Positions 1-8,170 of a stretch of 17,895 nt of DNA are shown here, piece by piece. Position numbers and translations under genes: made by a program. The notes beneath the pieces were generated by a model. It had not been told where the DNA came from, searched no databases, and saw only the letters and a list, made by a program, of their open reading frames with translations. Each line of letters starts with the position of its first letter. Within the stretch, counting starts at the first letter, position 1. This DNA is from Okeania sp. (GTDB lineage Bacteria > Cyanobacteriota > Cyanobacteriia > Cyanobacteriales > Microcoleaceae), in the NCBI RefSeq assembly GCF_035285525.1, contig NZ_JAYKGW010000062.1, positions 1 to 17,895 of the forward strand, given 5' to 3'.

Positions 1-284
1 GTTCCTAGATGATAATTTCCCTGTAATTAAATTCTTAATTTCTCTATTATCTGTCATTTAAAAATTCCGGAAACTTGAGACGATCTTGATATAACCTCTC
101 TCAAACATCTAACTTAGATTAAACGCCAAATATTCTAGAGATTTTAGTATTTGACTTGCCAGAGAATTATTTCGGAATTTCCGGTAAAAAAAATTGATAG
201 AGCGCTAAAAAAATGTGATTTTATTACTCATAAAATTTTCGCTAAAATTATTTAGAACTTACATAAATAGAAACAGAATTTATT

Positions 285-317
285 GCTGATAGCCGAAAGC
301 TAATAGCTGAATGCTTC
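285..317. repeat. STRR heptamer array, CAGC-type (gctgatagccgaaagctaatagctgaatgcttc)
   Basis: The period-7 unit family TCAGCAT/TCAGCAG/TCAGCTA is read here on the minus strand. It abuts the 3' end of the radical SAM gene. Confidence 0.8.
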
Positions 318-322
318 TTTAA

Positions 323-1243
323 TTACTCATAAGTAAACCCAGCTTGACCTTCCTTAATTTCAACATTCCTCATAATTTTTATCAACTTATTTTTAAACAG
401 TTGATAACTTTTAACTTCATTATTGTACCACCACTCGTACTTTTTTTTCATATCTATCGCTGTATCACGAGTGCTAGCTATAAGCGATCGCTTATGACTA
501 GCATGAAAATTTTGAATAACAACTCTATCGACAAAATTTAACTCTCTAATGAAACTTTCTTGTTCTTCTAATAAAGTCGGCAATAAAGGAGTAATAGTAA
601 TAGAAAGCTTAGGCAAATAACCAGTTAAATCATTAATTTTAGTCTTAAATTTTTTCATCGCATTCAGTCTAGCTCTAATACTAGGTGTTTGAGGTTCAAA
701 ATCTTTTCTGACTGACTCACTACCCGTCGGAATACTCATATTAATTCGGAGATTTTTAAACCGCTGTAAAATATCAATATCTCTAGTTATCATCGGACTA
801 CGAGTTTGAATAACTAAAATTGGTTTATACTCCAACATTACCTCCAATAATCTCCGAGTTAATTGAGTTTTTGACTCTATTGGTTGATAAGGATCGGTAA
901 CACTACTCATATAAATACTAGGTAATTTATCAGAATTTCTCTTCTGCCATTTTATTAACTCTTTCTCTAAAACTTCCACAGCATTTTCCTTAATTAAAAC
1001 CCATTTTCCCCAGTCATTTTGCATTTTTTCATTAGGACTAAAAGCAGCAGCATAACAATAAGTACAACCATATTGACAACCTCGATAAGGATTCAAAGTA
1101 AAGTCATAAGCTTTAATAAAACCAGTGGCTTTATTTAAAATTGATTTAGCATTTTGTCCGTAAACATCAGCACTACCAAATTTTTCACTAACCACTAATG
1201 AATTATTAGTAATTACTGTATATTGTTCATCTATAAATTCCAT
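323..1243 (-). CDS. Radical SAM protein, SplB / DNA-repair-photolyase-like (COG1533-type)
   Basis: 306-aa ORF. The CxxxCxxC iron-sulfur/SAM motif sits in the context LNPYRGCQYGCTYCYA, which is typical of COG1533/SplB-like radical SAM enzymes. There is an internal HIP1 site at 484-491. The long ORF is significant in AT-rich DNA. Confidence 0.85.
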   Translation of the reverse strand: MEFIDEQYTVITNNSLVVSEKFGSADVYGQNAKSILNKATGFIKAYDFTLNPYRGCQYGCTYCYAAAFSPNEKMQNDWGKWVLIKENAVEVLEKELIKWQKRNSDKLPSIYMSSVTDPYQPIESKTQLTRRLLEVMLEYKPILVIQTRSPMITRDIDILQRFKNLRINMSIPTGSESVRKDFEPQTPSIRARLNAMKKFKTKINDLTGYLPKLSITITPLLPTLLEEQESFIRELNFVDRVVIQNFHASHKRSLIASTRDTAIDMKKKYEWWYNNEVKSYQLFKNKLIKIMRNVEIKEGQAGFTYE

Positions 1244-1530
1244 TTTAATCTTTTTAAATAAACTGATAAATTAATGAATATTTTCTCAAAAATTACTCCC
1301 TAATCAAATTGATTTAGCATTTTGTCCGTAGACATCAGCACTACCAAATTTTTCATTAACCACTAACGACTTATTAGTAATTACTGTATATTGTTCATCT
1401 ATAAATTCCATTTTAATCTTTTAAATAAACTGATAAATTAATGATTTTTTTTTACGCTGGAGTCTGATAAATGATATATGTATTATTCATCTAGAAATTG
1501 CATTTTATCTTTCAAATAAACTGATAAATT
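1138..1530. repeat. Tandem array of three copies of the radical SAM gene 5' end plus 34 bp of upstream leader
   Basis: Copy 1 is 1138-1277 (real gene start). Copy 2 is 1306-1444 (about 96% identical). Copy 3 is about 1478-1530 and is clearly more diverged (tattattcatctagaaattgcattttatctttcaaataaactgataaatt). Confidence 0.8.
1304..1411 (-). pseudogene. Duplicated 5' fragment of the radical SAM gene (ATG plus 35 codons, then TGA)
   Basis: Region 1306-1444 matches 1138-1277 with 4 substitutions and 1 indel by eye. It keeps the ATG (1409-1411, minus strand) and encodes MEFIDEQYTVITNKSLVVNEKFGSADVYGQNAKSI before a stop at 1304-1306. Confidence 0.8.
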
Positions 1531-1765
1531 GCTGAAGGTTTTTTTGCCAAAATAATTAATAATTAAATAATTCGCGCCTTGAAGCCTCCTCTTTTAAGGG
1601 AAAAAAATAAATCTTTTCCTTTTAGCCAATCCTCTCACTTTTAGGGAGAGGTAATTATCCATGATCCATTATCCATTAATGAAACTTGAGTCTCAAGGAT
1701 AGTTCAGAGAAAATATCCAGTTCTATCACTGATGATAAATATTTGATAAATTATGTAAATAAACA

Positions 1766-1792
1766 CTGATAACTGATAGCTGATAACTGATA
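1766..1792. repeat. STRR heptamer array (ctgataa ctgatag ctgataa ctgata)
   Basis: Direct period-7 repeats seen in sequence. Confidence 0.8.
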
Positions 1793-1969
1793 TTTGGTCA
1801 AAACTATAGCAGTCAGTTGTAATTTGTGAAAAGAGAATATAAATGTTATTATCATTATATTAAACTTGGTTCATGCAGGAGTTTTTATATTTCATTCCTG
1901 ATTGCTATAGTAAGATGGTGTAAGCTAAAGAAGTTAAATTAGCTATCTTTATCACCTAAAATATTATCT

Positions 1970-2001
1970 AAGCATTCAGCTATCAGCAGTCAGCTATCAG
2001 C
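1970..2001. repeat. STRR heptamer array, CAGC-type (aagcattcagctatcagcagtcagctatcagc)
   Basis: Period-7 repeats of the same family as 285-317, 3344-3373, 3488-3521, 7325-7357, 7406-7430, 7846-7878 and 7986-8020. Confidence 0.85.
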
Positions 2002-2208
2002 AAAGATATCTTGTATTTAAGGACATAATTTCAAGTGAACTTGCTTTTGTAGTAAGATTTTTATGACTCAATTAATAAAGCTTTTATCAGGGACTAAAAC
2101 CAATAGCTGAGAGCTTATAGCTCTGACAATATTATTAACTATTACAATTTGCTGATTCAAGGTGATTATTAAATTTGTTTATTTATTAAGGATAAAGGTG
2201 TCAAAATT

Positions 2209-2682
2209 ATGCTTACAAGTGTAGAACGTCTTTTATTTATCAGAGCAGTGCCAATTTTTAGAGAATTAAGAGATGATTTTCTAGTACGTTTAGCTTCTGT
2301 AATGGACGAATTATCTTTCCCTACTAACCATACTATTTTTACTGAAGGAAAAGAGGGAAGGTCTCTTTATGTTGTAGTATCTGGTAGAGTTAAAGTTCAT
2401 TTAGAACACCGTGAGTTAGCAAGGTTACAACAAGGAGCTTGTTTTGGTGAAATGTCTTTGTTTGATGCTGAACCTCGTTCTGCTTCTGTTACTACTTTAG
2501 AAAATTGTGAATGTTTAATGTTAACTCAAATGCAGCTTTATGATGCAATTGATGAAACACCAGAAATTGCTATTAATATTATTCGTCTATTGTCTCGTCG
2601 TATTCGCGAGCTTAATCAAAAGATTAATGCTAGAGAAAATAGTGCTTCTTCTAATAGTAATAAAATACCTGAACTGCGTTAG
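2209..2682 (+). CDS. Stand-alone cyclic nucleotide-binding domain protein (CAP/Crp effector-domain type, no output domain)
   Basis: 157-aa ORF with the phosphate-binding cassette FGEMSLFDAEPRSASV (the FGE...RSA signature of cNMP-binding domains). An AAAGG lies about 12 nt upstream of the ATG. Confidence 0.85.
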   Translation: MLTSVERLLFIRAVPIFRELRDDFLVRLASVMDELSFPTNHTIFTEGKEGRSLYVVVSGRVKVHLEHRELARLQQGACFGEMSLFDAEPRSASVTTLENCECLMLTQMQLYDAIDETPEIAINIIRLLSRRIRELNQKINARENSASSNSNKIPELR

Positions 2683-2703
2683 AAATATACCAAAATATAG
2701 CAG

Positions 2704-2730
2704 ATTGGTTTTGCAGTAGACAAAACCAAT
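2704..2730 (+). terminator. Hairpin downstream of the cNMP-binding gene (possible terminator)
   Basis: attggtttt (2704-2712) pairs with aaaaccaat (2722-2730), giving a 9-bp stem and 9-nt loop 22 nt after the stop. No clean T-run follows, so this is weak. Confidence 0.3.
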
Positions 2731-2977
2731 GTTGCTTAATCTTATACCAATTCAGTTATTAGTTATCAGTACCTCAAGTCTGAAGTAAAAGGCTTTAAAT
2801 ACTGAAGTTTATTTTTTTCATTCCCTGGAAAAAGGTAGGGAGAACTTATTTTTTGATCGTTAAATAATTTGCTGAAATTACTGTTACTTTCAAAAAAAAT
2901 AAGCCTATAAAATCTTCAGGGATAACTTTTAAATTTAGTGAAATGGTATTTGCTAAGTATTAATTCAAAAAAAGTCA

Positions 2978-3310
2978 CTAAACTAAGCGAAAAATAAATG
3001 GATAACGGTAAGATTTATCCGGATTACTCGTTACATTTAGAATAGCAATAATTGGCATAACAAAATTAACAATTCCTAGCAAAATTAATAAAGGAAAGCC
3101 AATTAAAAGCCAAGTTAATGCACCAAATATAATACCGTAGATATAAATATTAATGTGAAAGTTTAGAGATTCTTTAGCATTATCCTTTATAACAGAGTCT
3201 TCAGTTATAAATAGGATAGCTATTGGTACACCTACAGACATAATAGTTACACTAAAAAAAATTGCTCCGTGGCATAAAGCTGAGAGAATTTTTCTTTTGC
3301 CAGTATCCAT
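2978..3310 (-). CDS. Small integral membrane protein, DUF4870-like
   Basis: 110-aa ORF with three hydrophobic segments. KESLNFHINIYIY and the C-terminal YRYPFIFRLV resemble the DUF4870 signature (KEALNFQ... / YRYP..IRF) as I recall it. Confidence 0.75.
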   Translation of the reverse strand: MDTGKRKILSALCHGAIFFSVTIMSVGVPIAILFITEDSVIKDNAKESLNFHINIYIYGIIFGALTWLLIGFPLLILLGIVNFVMPIIAILNVTSNPDKSYRYPFIFRLV

Positions 3311-3343
3311 GAAATTTTCCTCCTGATTTAAACTAGAGTAACC

Positions 3344-3373
3344 ATTCAGCTATCAGTTATTAGCTATCAGCTA
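3344..3373. repeat. STRR heptamer array, CAGC-type
   Basis: cattcagctatcagttattagctatcagcta, immediately upstream (minus-strand sense) of the DUF4870-like gene. Confidence 0.8.
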
Positions 3374-3487
3374 GAAGAGGAATTAGTCTTCAAGGAGAAT
3401 TAAAAGTCCAATACGAAAAAGATCGTCAACTAAATTTAGTAAGTTATTACTTTCATGTATTTTTTGGCGCAGAATAATCCAGGAAAA

Positions 3488-3521
3488 GCTGAAAGCTGAC
3501 TGCTAATAGCCGAATGCTTAC
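3488..3521. repeat. STRR heptamer array, CAGC-type, inverse orientation
   Basis: gctgaaagctgactgctaatagccgaatgcttac, the reverse complement of the gtaagcattc...cagc family. Confidence 0.8.
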
Positions 3522-3785
3522 AAATATATATCTATATTTTTCAATTATACAATAATCATTATAGCTGTAGGGAGTAGTTAATAGTCAGGAGTCATCGGAG
3601 CTATAGAAGAATTAATTGGAAAAATTAAGAGATAATTTTTCTGCCCTACGGAGCCTTTTACTCTAACTTTTTTCACCTTTTCGATCTAAAATATGGTACT
3701 TTTTTCCAACAAACAAGTTGCTAAAACCATTAGTATTTCAATGCTTTTAGATTTATTCAGCCAGCCCTAATTAAAGATTTTTTTT

Positions 3786-3806
3786 ATTATTAATTATTAA
3801 TTATTT
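3786..3806. repeat. (TTAATTA)n-type heptamer array overlapping the kinase stop codon
   Basis: The sequence is attatta attatta attattt. The kinase C-terminal codons (L-N-N-stop, 3797-3808) lie inside or against this array. Confidence 0.7.
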
Positions 3807-6800
3807 AAGGTTTTTTGGAGAATAGGAATTTCAATAATAAATTTAGTTCCTTGTCCTACTGTAGAAATACAATTTAATTTACCTTGATGTTTTTCCACAA
3901 TAATTTGATAACTAATAGATAATCCTAAACCAGTACCAGTACCGATAGGTTTCGTAGTAAAAAAGGGGTCAAATATTTTTTTACGAACTGTTTCTGTCAT
4001 CCCCATACCATTATCTGCAATTATAATTCTAACTTGTTCAGATGATATAACTTTTGTACTAATTGTAATAATAGGCAAATCTTCTGAAATATTAGAACTT
4101 TGATTGGTCTCAGTGGGGTAGAAATTTTTACTTCGTTTTTCTGCTAAAGCGTCAATAGCATTAGAAATAATATTCATAAATACTTGATTTATCTGACTAA
4201 CGTAACATTCTACTTTAGGTAAACAATTATAATTTTTAATTACTTGAATTTCTTTTTCCTTGAGTTTCTGTTTGAGTTTATTTTGTAAGATGAGAAGAGT
4301 GCTTTCTATTCCTTCATGGATATCTACAGATTTTACTTCAGACTCATCTAAACGAGAGAAATTTCTTAAAGATAAAACTATATCAACAATACGCTTCGTT
4401 CCTATTTTCATAGAATTTAAAGTTTTCGGTAAATCTTCAATCAAAAACTCTAATTCTATACTTTCTATTTCCTCTTGAATAACTGTAGGTGGATGAGGAT
4501 AATTTTCCTGATAAAGATGAATTAAATTAAGTAAGTCTTCCGTATACTGATTAAGATAAGTAATATTACCAGAAATAAAGTTAATAGGATTATTAATTTC
4601 ATGGGCAATACCAGCAACCATTTGTCCTAAAGAAGACATTTTTTCAGTTTGAATAAGTTGTGTTTGAGCTTGTTGGAGTTTCTGCAAAGCTTCAGATAAT
4701 TCCATAGCTCTTGCTTTAGCTTGAAAAGCAGTTTCACGACTTTTATGATATAGTTCAGCTTGGTCAATAGCGATCGCTAATTGATCTGTTACTGCTTTTA
4801 AAAGTTTTACTTCTCTATCATCCCATTTATGAACAGAGGTATGATTAGCACAAAATAAAATTCCTATTTTGCCTGACTGAGTTTTAATTGGTATAGACAC
4901 CAAAGAAATTATACCAAAACTACCTATAAAATCTTGCATTTTTCTATCATTAACTAGACTAATATCATCTACCTGAATAATTTCTAATTGCAAAAATTTT
5001 AAAGCCCAAGACCCTACCTGTTCTTTAGTATATTCACCAACTAAGCTAGGTAAAAATTCTGCTTTTGACTCATTAACAATTTCCCAAATATTGAGATTAT
5101 TATTATTAGTTTTTTCAGTATTTAGACTATCAGTTAAACGATGCCAAATAAAATGACAACGATCTATTTTTAAGATAGTCCGAACTTCATAAACTGTAGT
5201 AGCTAAAATTGTATCAATATCAAGAGAATGACGAATTTGAATTGCCAAATGATTAAGTAATTCTTCATAACGAGCAATTAGTCGAAATTGAGCCTCTGAT
5301 GCTTGAAGTTGTTGTTGAGCTTGCTTACTTTCTGTAATATCTAATCCTAAATACATTAAACCAATAACTTTATTATCATCATCTTTAATTTTGACTTTAA
5401 TTAATTCTATATTATGCTCTTTGCCATCTATAAAAGTAAAAATTTCTTCACTGCGACATGGTAAATTATACCTCCAACAACCAGCATCATATTTCTGAAA
5501 AATTTCCGCTTCTTTGTGTGGAAAAAGTTGATAATATTTTTCAACTTCCAAAAATCTTGACTCAGGAATGCCAAGATTTTCACAGAATGTCTTGTTAACA
5601 AACTGAACTTTACCATCAACATTAGTCATCCAAATCCAAATAGGTGAATTATCAAGAATTGCTCTTAAAGTTTTTTGTTGCTGGTCTAATTTTTCCTGTG
5701 CTGCAATACGTTCAGTAATATCTTCATAACTGCCAAGAATACCAATTACTTCACCATTTTGATTATGAATAGGAACTTTACTTGTTTGTAACCATCTTTG
5801 TTGACCTTGAGTAGTTAATTGAGGTTCTATTATTTGATATCTAGGAGTATTAGATTCTATAACTTCACGATCTATTCTGCGATAATGTTCAAAATATTCT
5901 TGATTTCCGGGTAAATCATAATCATTTTTACCAACTATTTCTGCTGGTGATTTAAAACCAGCTTTATTCGCAAAACTATAATTACATCCCTGATATACTA
6001 AGTCTTTATTTTTCCAAAATATTGATTGAGGAATATTATTAATAATTAATTGCAGTTTTTGTTCAGATAATTGTAGTTCTAATTGTGCTTGTACCCAGTC
6101 TGTCACATCTAAAACTAGAGATAATATCGAAATTAAATTACTTTTTTCGTCGAAAAAAGCCGAGTTATACCATTCACAATTTATTACTTTTCCTTCTTTG
6201 GTATAGTTACGATTATAGGAAATATTTCTAGGTACATTTCCTTGTCGGAGTTGCTGCATTATACTGTTAACTTTTTCTAAATCTTCAGGGTATATAAATT
6301 CCCAATCATTTGCATGAATACCTAATATTTCTTCTGCTTGCCAACCAAAGATTTTTTCTGCTTGTTGTGACCAACGTTGTACTTTAAATTCACTATTCCA
6401 TTCAATTACTCCTAGTGGAGTATTTTCTACATGAAAGTTCAATTTTTGGAGAGCATTTTTTAATTTGTTTTCTGCTTCTACTTCTTCAGTAATATCGCTA
6501 ATAATTGCAGTTAATATAGTTTCATTCTTTAACTCTAATTTAGAAATAGAAGATGCTATGGGAAATTGAGTACCATCTTTCCGCAACCCCCAAGCTTGGT
6601 GACGACTCGCCATAGGACGGGAAACTACAGTTCCACTACTAAATTGACGTAGATAGTGTTGATGATTTGTTTTGTATCTTTCTGGTAATAGCAAATTTAA
6701 TGACTTTCCTAAAACTTCATTTACTTGATATCCAAATATTCTTTCTGCTCCTTGATTAAACATAGAAATATTTTGATTTTCATCCACCGAAATAATAGCA

Positions 6801-7291
6801 TCTTTAGCAATTTCTAAAATTCCACCTAAACGTTTTTCTGATTCTTGTAAAGCTGTTTGTATTTGTTGACGTTCTACAATTTCTGCTTTTAACTTCTCGT
6901 TAATTTCTTTTAGTTGTGCAGGACTGGAAAGTGCTAATAATTTAGGAATTAATGGTATTAAATTTCCGGCTGTCAATAAAGATATTATTGCTGTAATTCC
7001 TTTAATTAAACCTGATAACCAATAGATAGGATACCAGAGAGTCCAAACTTCCATTAAATGAGTCAATCCACAAGCAATAATAAATGCACTAAACAATACA
7101 AATATTTCTGGATAAGGTAAATCTTTTCGCTGATTAATGAAATAAATTAAGGCAATAGGAATTGAAAAGTAAGCTAATGCAATTAATGAGTCTGACAATA
7201 TATGTAGCCATACTAATTCAGGTTGCCAAAGATAACAATGTCCGTGAGGAATAAAATTTCCTGTACTCCAAATTTTTGATAAAAAATTCAT
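3797..7291 (-). CDS. Multi-sensor histidine kinase: ethylene-binding-domain-like membrane module, 4 PAS, GAF, HisKA, HATPase_c
   Basis: 1164-aa ORF. Residues 1-125 form a 3-TM region colinear with the plant ETR1 ethylene-binding domain. A coiled coil follows. PAS-like repeats lie at about aa 155-268, 283-400, 412-527 and 541-655, and a GAF domain at about 678-850. The H-box is AGIAHEINNP (His897, codon 4601-4603). The N box is MNIISNAIDA, G1 is DNGMGM and G2 is GTGLGL. There is no receiver domain. Confidence 0.95.
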   Translation of the reverse strand: MNFLSKIWSTGNFIPHGHCYLWQPELVWLHILSDSLIALAYFSIPIALIYFINQRKDLPYPEIFVLFSAFIIACGLTHLMEVWTLWYPIYWLSGLIKGITAIISLLTAGNLIPLIPKLLALSSPAQLKEINEKLKAEIVERQQIQTALQESEKRLGGILEIAKDAIISVDENQNISMFNQGAERIFGYQVNEVLGKSLNLLLPERYKTNHQHYLRQFSSGTVVSRPMASRHQAWGLRKDGTQFPIASSISKLELKNETILTAIISDITEEVEAENKLKNALQKLNFHVENTPLGVIEWNSEFKVQRWSQQAEKIFGWQAEEILGIHANDWEFIYPEDLEKVNSIMQQLRQGNVPRNISYNRNYTKEGKVINCEWYNSAFFDEKSNLISILSLVLDVTDWVQAQLELQLSEQKLQLIINNIPQSIFWKNKDLVYQGCNYSFANKAGFKSPAEIVGKNDYDLPGNQEYFEHYRRIDREVIESNTPRYQIIEPQLTTQGQQRWLQTSKVPIHNQNGEVIGILGSYEDITERIAAQEKLDQQQKTLRAILDNSPIWIWMTNVDGKVQFVNKTFCENLGIPESRFLEVEKYYQLFPHKEAEIFQKYDAGCWRYNLPCRSEEIFTFIDGKEHNIELIKVKIKDDDNKVIGLMYLGLDITESKQAQQQLQASEAQFRLIARYEELLNHLAIQIRHSLDIDTILATTVYEVRTILKIDRCHFIWHRLTDSLNTEKTNNNNLNIWEIVNESKAEFLPSLVGEYTKEQVGSWALKFLQLEIIQVDDISLVNDRKMQDFIGSFGIISLVSIPIKTQSGKIGILFCANHTSVHKWDDREVKLLKAVTDQLAIAIDQAELYHKSRETAFQAKARAMELSEALQKLQQAQTQLIQTEKMSSLGQMVAGIAHEINNPINFISGNITYLNQYTEDLLNLIHLYQENYPHPPTVIQEEIESIELEFLIEDLPKTLNSMKIGTKRIVDIVLSLRNFSRLDESEVKSVDIHEGIESTLLILQNKLKQKLKEKEIQVIKNYNCLPKVECYVSQINQVFMNIISNAIDALAEKRSKNFYPTETNQSSNISEDLPIITISTKVISSEQVRIIIADNGMGMTETVRKKIFDPFFTTKPIGTGTGLGLSISYQIIVEKHQGKLNCISTVGQGTKFIIEIPILQKTLNN

Positions 7292-7324
7292 AGGCTTTTA
7301 TTTTGTTAATAGACATTATAAAAA

Positions 7325-7357
7325 GTCAGCATTCAGCAGTCAGCTATTAGCTATCAG
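7325..7357. repeat. STRR heptamer array, CAGC-type
   Basis: gtcagcattcagcagtcagctattagctatcag. The first 24 nt are identical to 7406-7429. Confidence 0.85.
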
Positions 7358-7405
7358 AAGAGTGTTTTTAGTAAGCCATCAAAACTTTTTTATTATCAAA
7401 TGAAA

Positions 7406-7430
7406 GTCAGCATTCAGCAGTCAGCTATTC
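7406..7430. repeat. STRR heptamer array, CAGC-type
   Basis: gtcagcattcagcagtcagctattc. Confidence 0.85.
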
Positions 7431-7490
7431 CTTTTAGTTTGATATAAAAGCTTGATGATACGGTTCCCGAAAAATCAGAAATTTTTCTGA

Positions 7491-7664
7491 CTACAAAATT
7501 CAGCTTTTCAGTCTATATTCGTTTAAATTTCCTCATTAGGATTGATTTTTTTCTTGCTGAATGCTTACAAATGAAATCACTACAAAAGCCAGTTTTTAGG
7601 TCTATATTCGTTTAAATATTCTCCTTAAGCTTGAGGTTTTTATTGCTAATAACTGACTGCTTAC
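7491..7664. repeat. Tandem duplication of a unit of about 80 bp, each copy ending in a CAGC-type STRR stub
   Basis: Unit 1 is 7491-7568 and unit 2 is 7580-7664. They share ctacaaaa..., an identical 18-mer gtctatattcgtttaaat (7511-7528 and 7600-7617), and ...ttgct(g)aat...gcttac. Confidence 0.75.
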
Positions 7665-7845
7665 TATCAAACTTCAAATTTTCAACTATTTGTTTTGCAT
7701 AATTTTGCACTTTTCATATTGTCAAAGTATTGATTTTATTTTTATGTATCTATTAGTATAGCAATTATTATACTTGTGAGGTACAAAATTCAAAAACTTT
7801 TAGGGAACAAAAAAATCCTTAACTAGAACACATGATTGAAACTAT

Positions 7846-7878
7846 GTAAGCATTCAGCAGTCAGCTATAAGCCATCAG
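7846..7878. repeat. STRR heptamer array, CAGC-type
   Basis: gtaagcattcagcagtcagctataagccatcag. Confidence 0.85.
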
Positions 7879-7985
7879 GTAATCTCCTATCTAGGAGCCG
7901 AAAACAGCTATTGTTCCTAGTTTTAGATAACAGTATTAGTATTATTAATTGATGGCAATATCTTGCGACACTAACCCAGGCTTTA

Positions 7986-8020
7986 TTGCTGATATCTAAC
8001 AGCTAATAGCTGAATGCTTC
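7986..8020. repeat. STRR heptamer array, CAGC-type, inverse orientation
   Basis: ttgctgatatctaacagctaatagctgaatgcttc, nearly the same as 285-317. Confidence 0.85.
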
Positions 8021-8034
8021 TTATGAAACTATTA

Positions 8035-8073
8035 CCTGTTCCCTCCATACCTGTTCCCCGTTCCCTATTCCTG
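8035..8073. repeat. STRR heptamer array, GGGAACA-type in pyrimidine orientation
   Basis: cctgttccctccatacctgttccccgttccctattcctg, about 100 bp upstream of prfC. It is the reverse complement of the family at 12764-12817. Confidence 0.8.
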
Positions 8074-8170
8074 AAAAGCAACTAAATTTTTAACAGGAAT
8101 CAAATAGGATTGCTATAGATAAATGTATAATATGATAAATTGTTATAAATTCTAGAAGTTAAGTTAACTT

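Noticed and set aside
1-57. Possible start of a minus-strand gene running off the 5' edge (ATG at 55-57, MTDNREIKNLITGKLSSRN...)
   Set aside because: Only 19 codons are visible. That is too short to separate from chance, and no motif is present.
344-541. 65-aa plus-strand ORF from the track
   Set aside because: It lies entirely antisense within the well-supported radical SAM CDS. It is low-complexity and Phe/Ile-rich, as expected from the reverse strand of AT-rich coding sequence.
4260-4478. 72-aa plus-strand ORF from the track
   Set aside because: It is antisense inside the histidine kinase HATPase region and has no motif. It is treated as a shadow ORF.
5153-5158. Cys-His dipeptide (C712-H713, IDRCHF) in the kinase GAF domain, which could suggest a bilin-binding phytochrome/CBCR GAF
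   Set aside because: The CH sits in the first beta-strand motif of the GAF domain (equivalent to the common ADRVxIYxF segment). It is not at the canonical chromophore-binding position late in the domain, and no DXCF or other CBCR signature is present. It is probably a coincidence.
5428-5622. 64-aa minus-strand ORF from the track
   Set aside because: It is an out-of-frame overlap within the kinase PAS region on the same strand and has no independent support.
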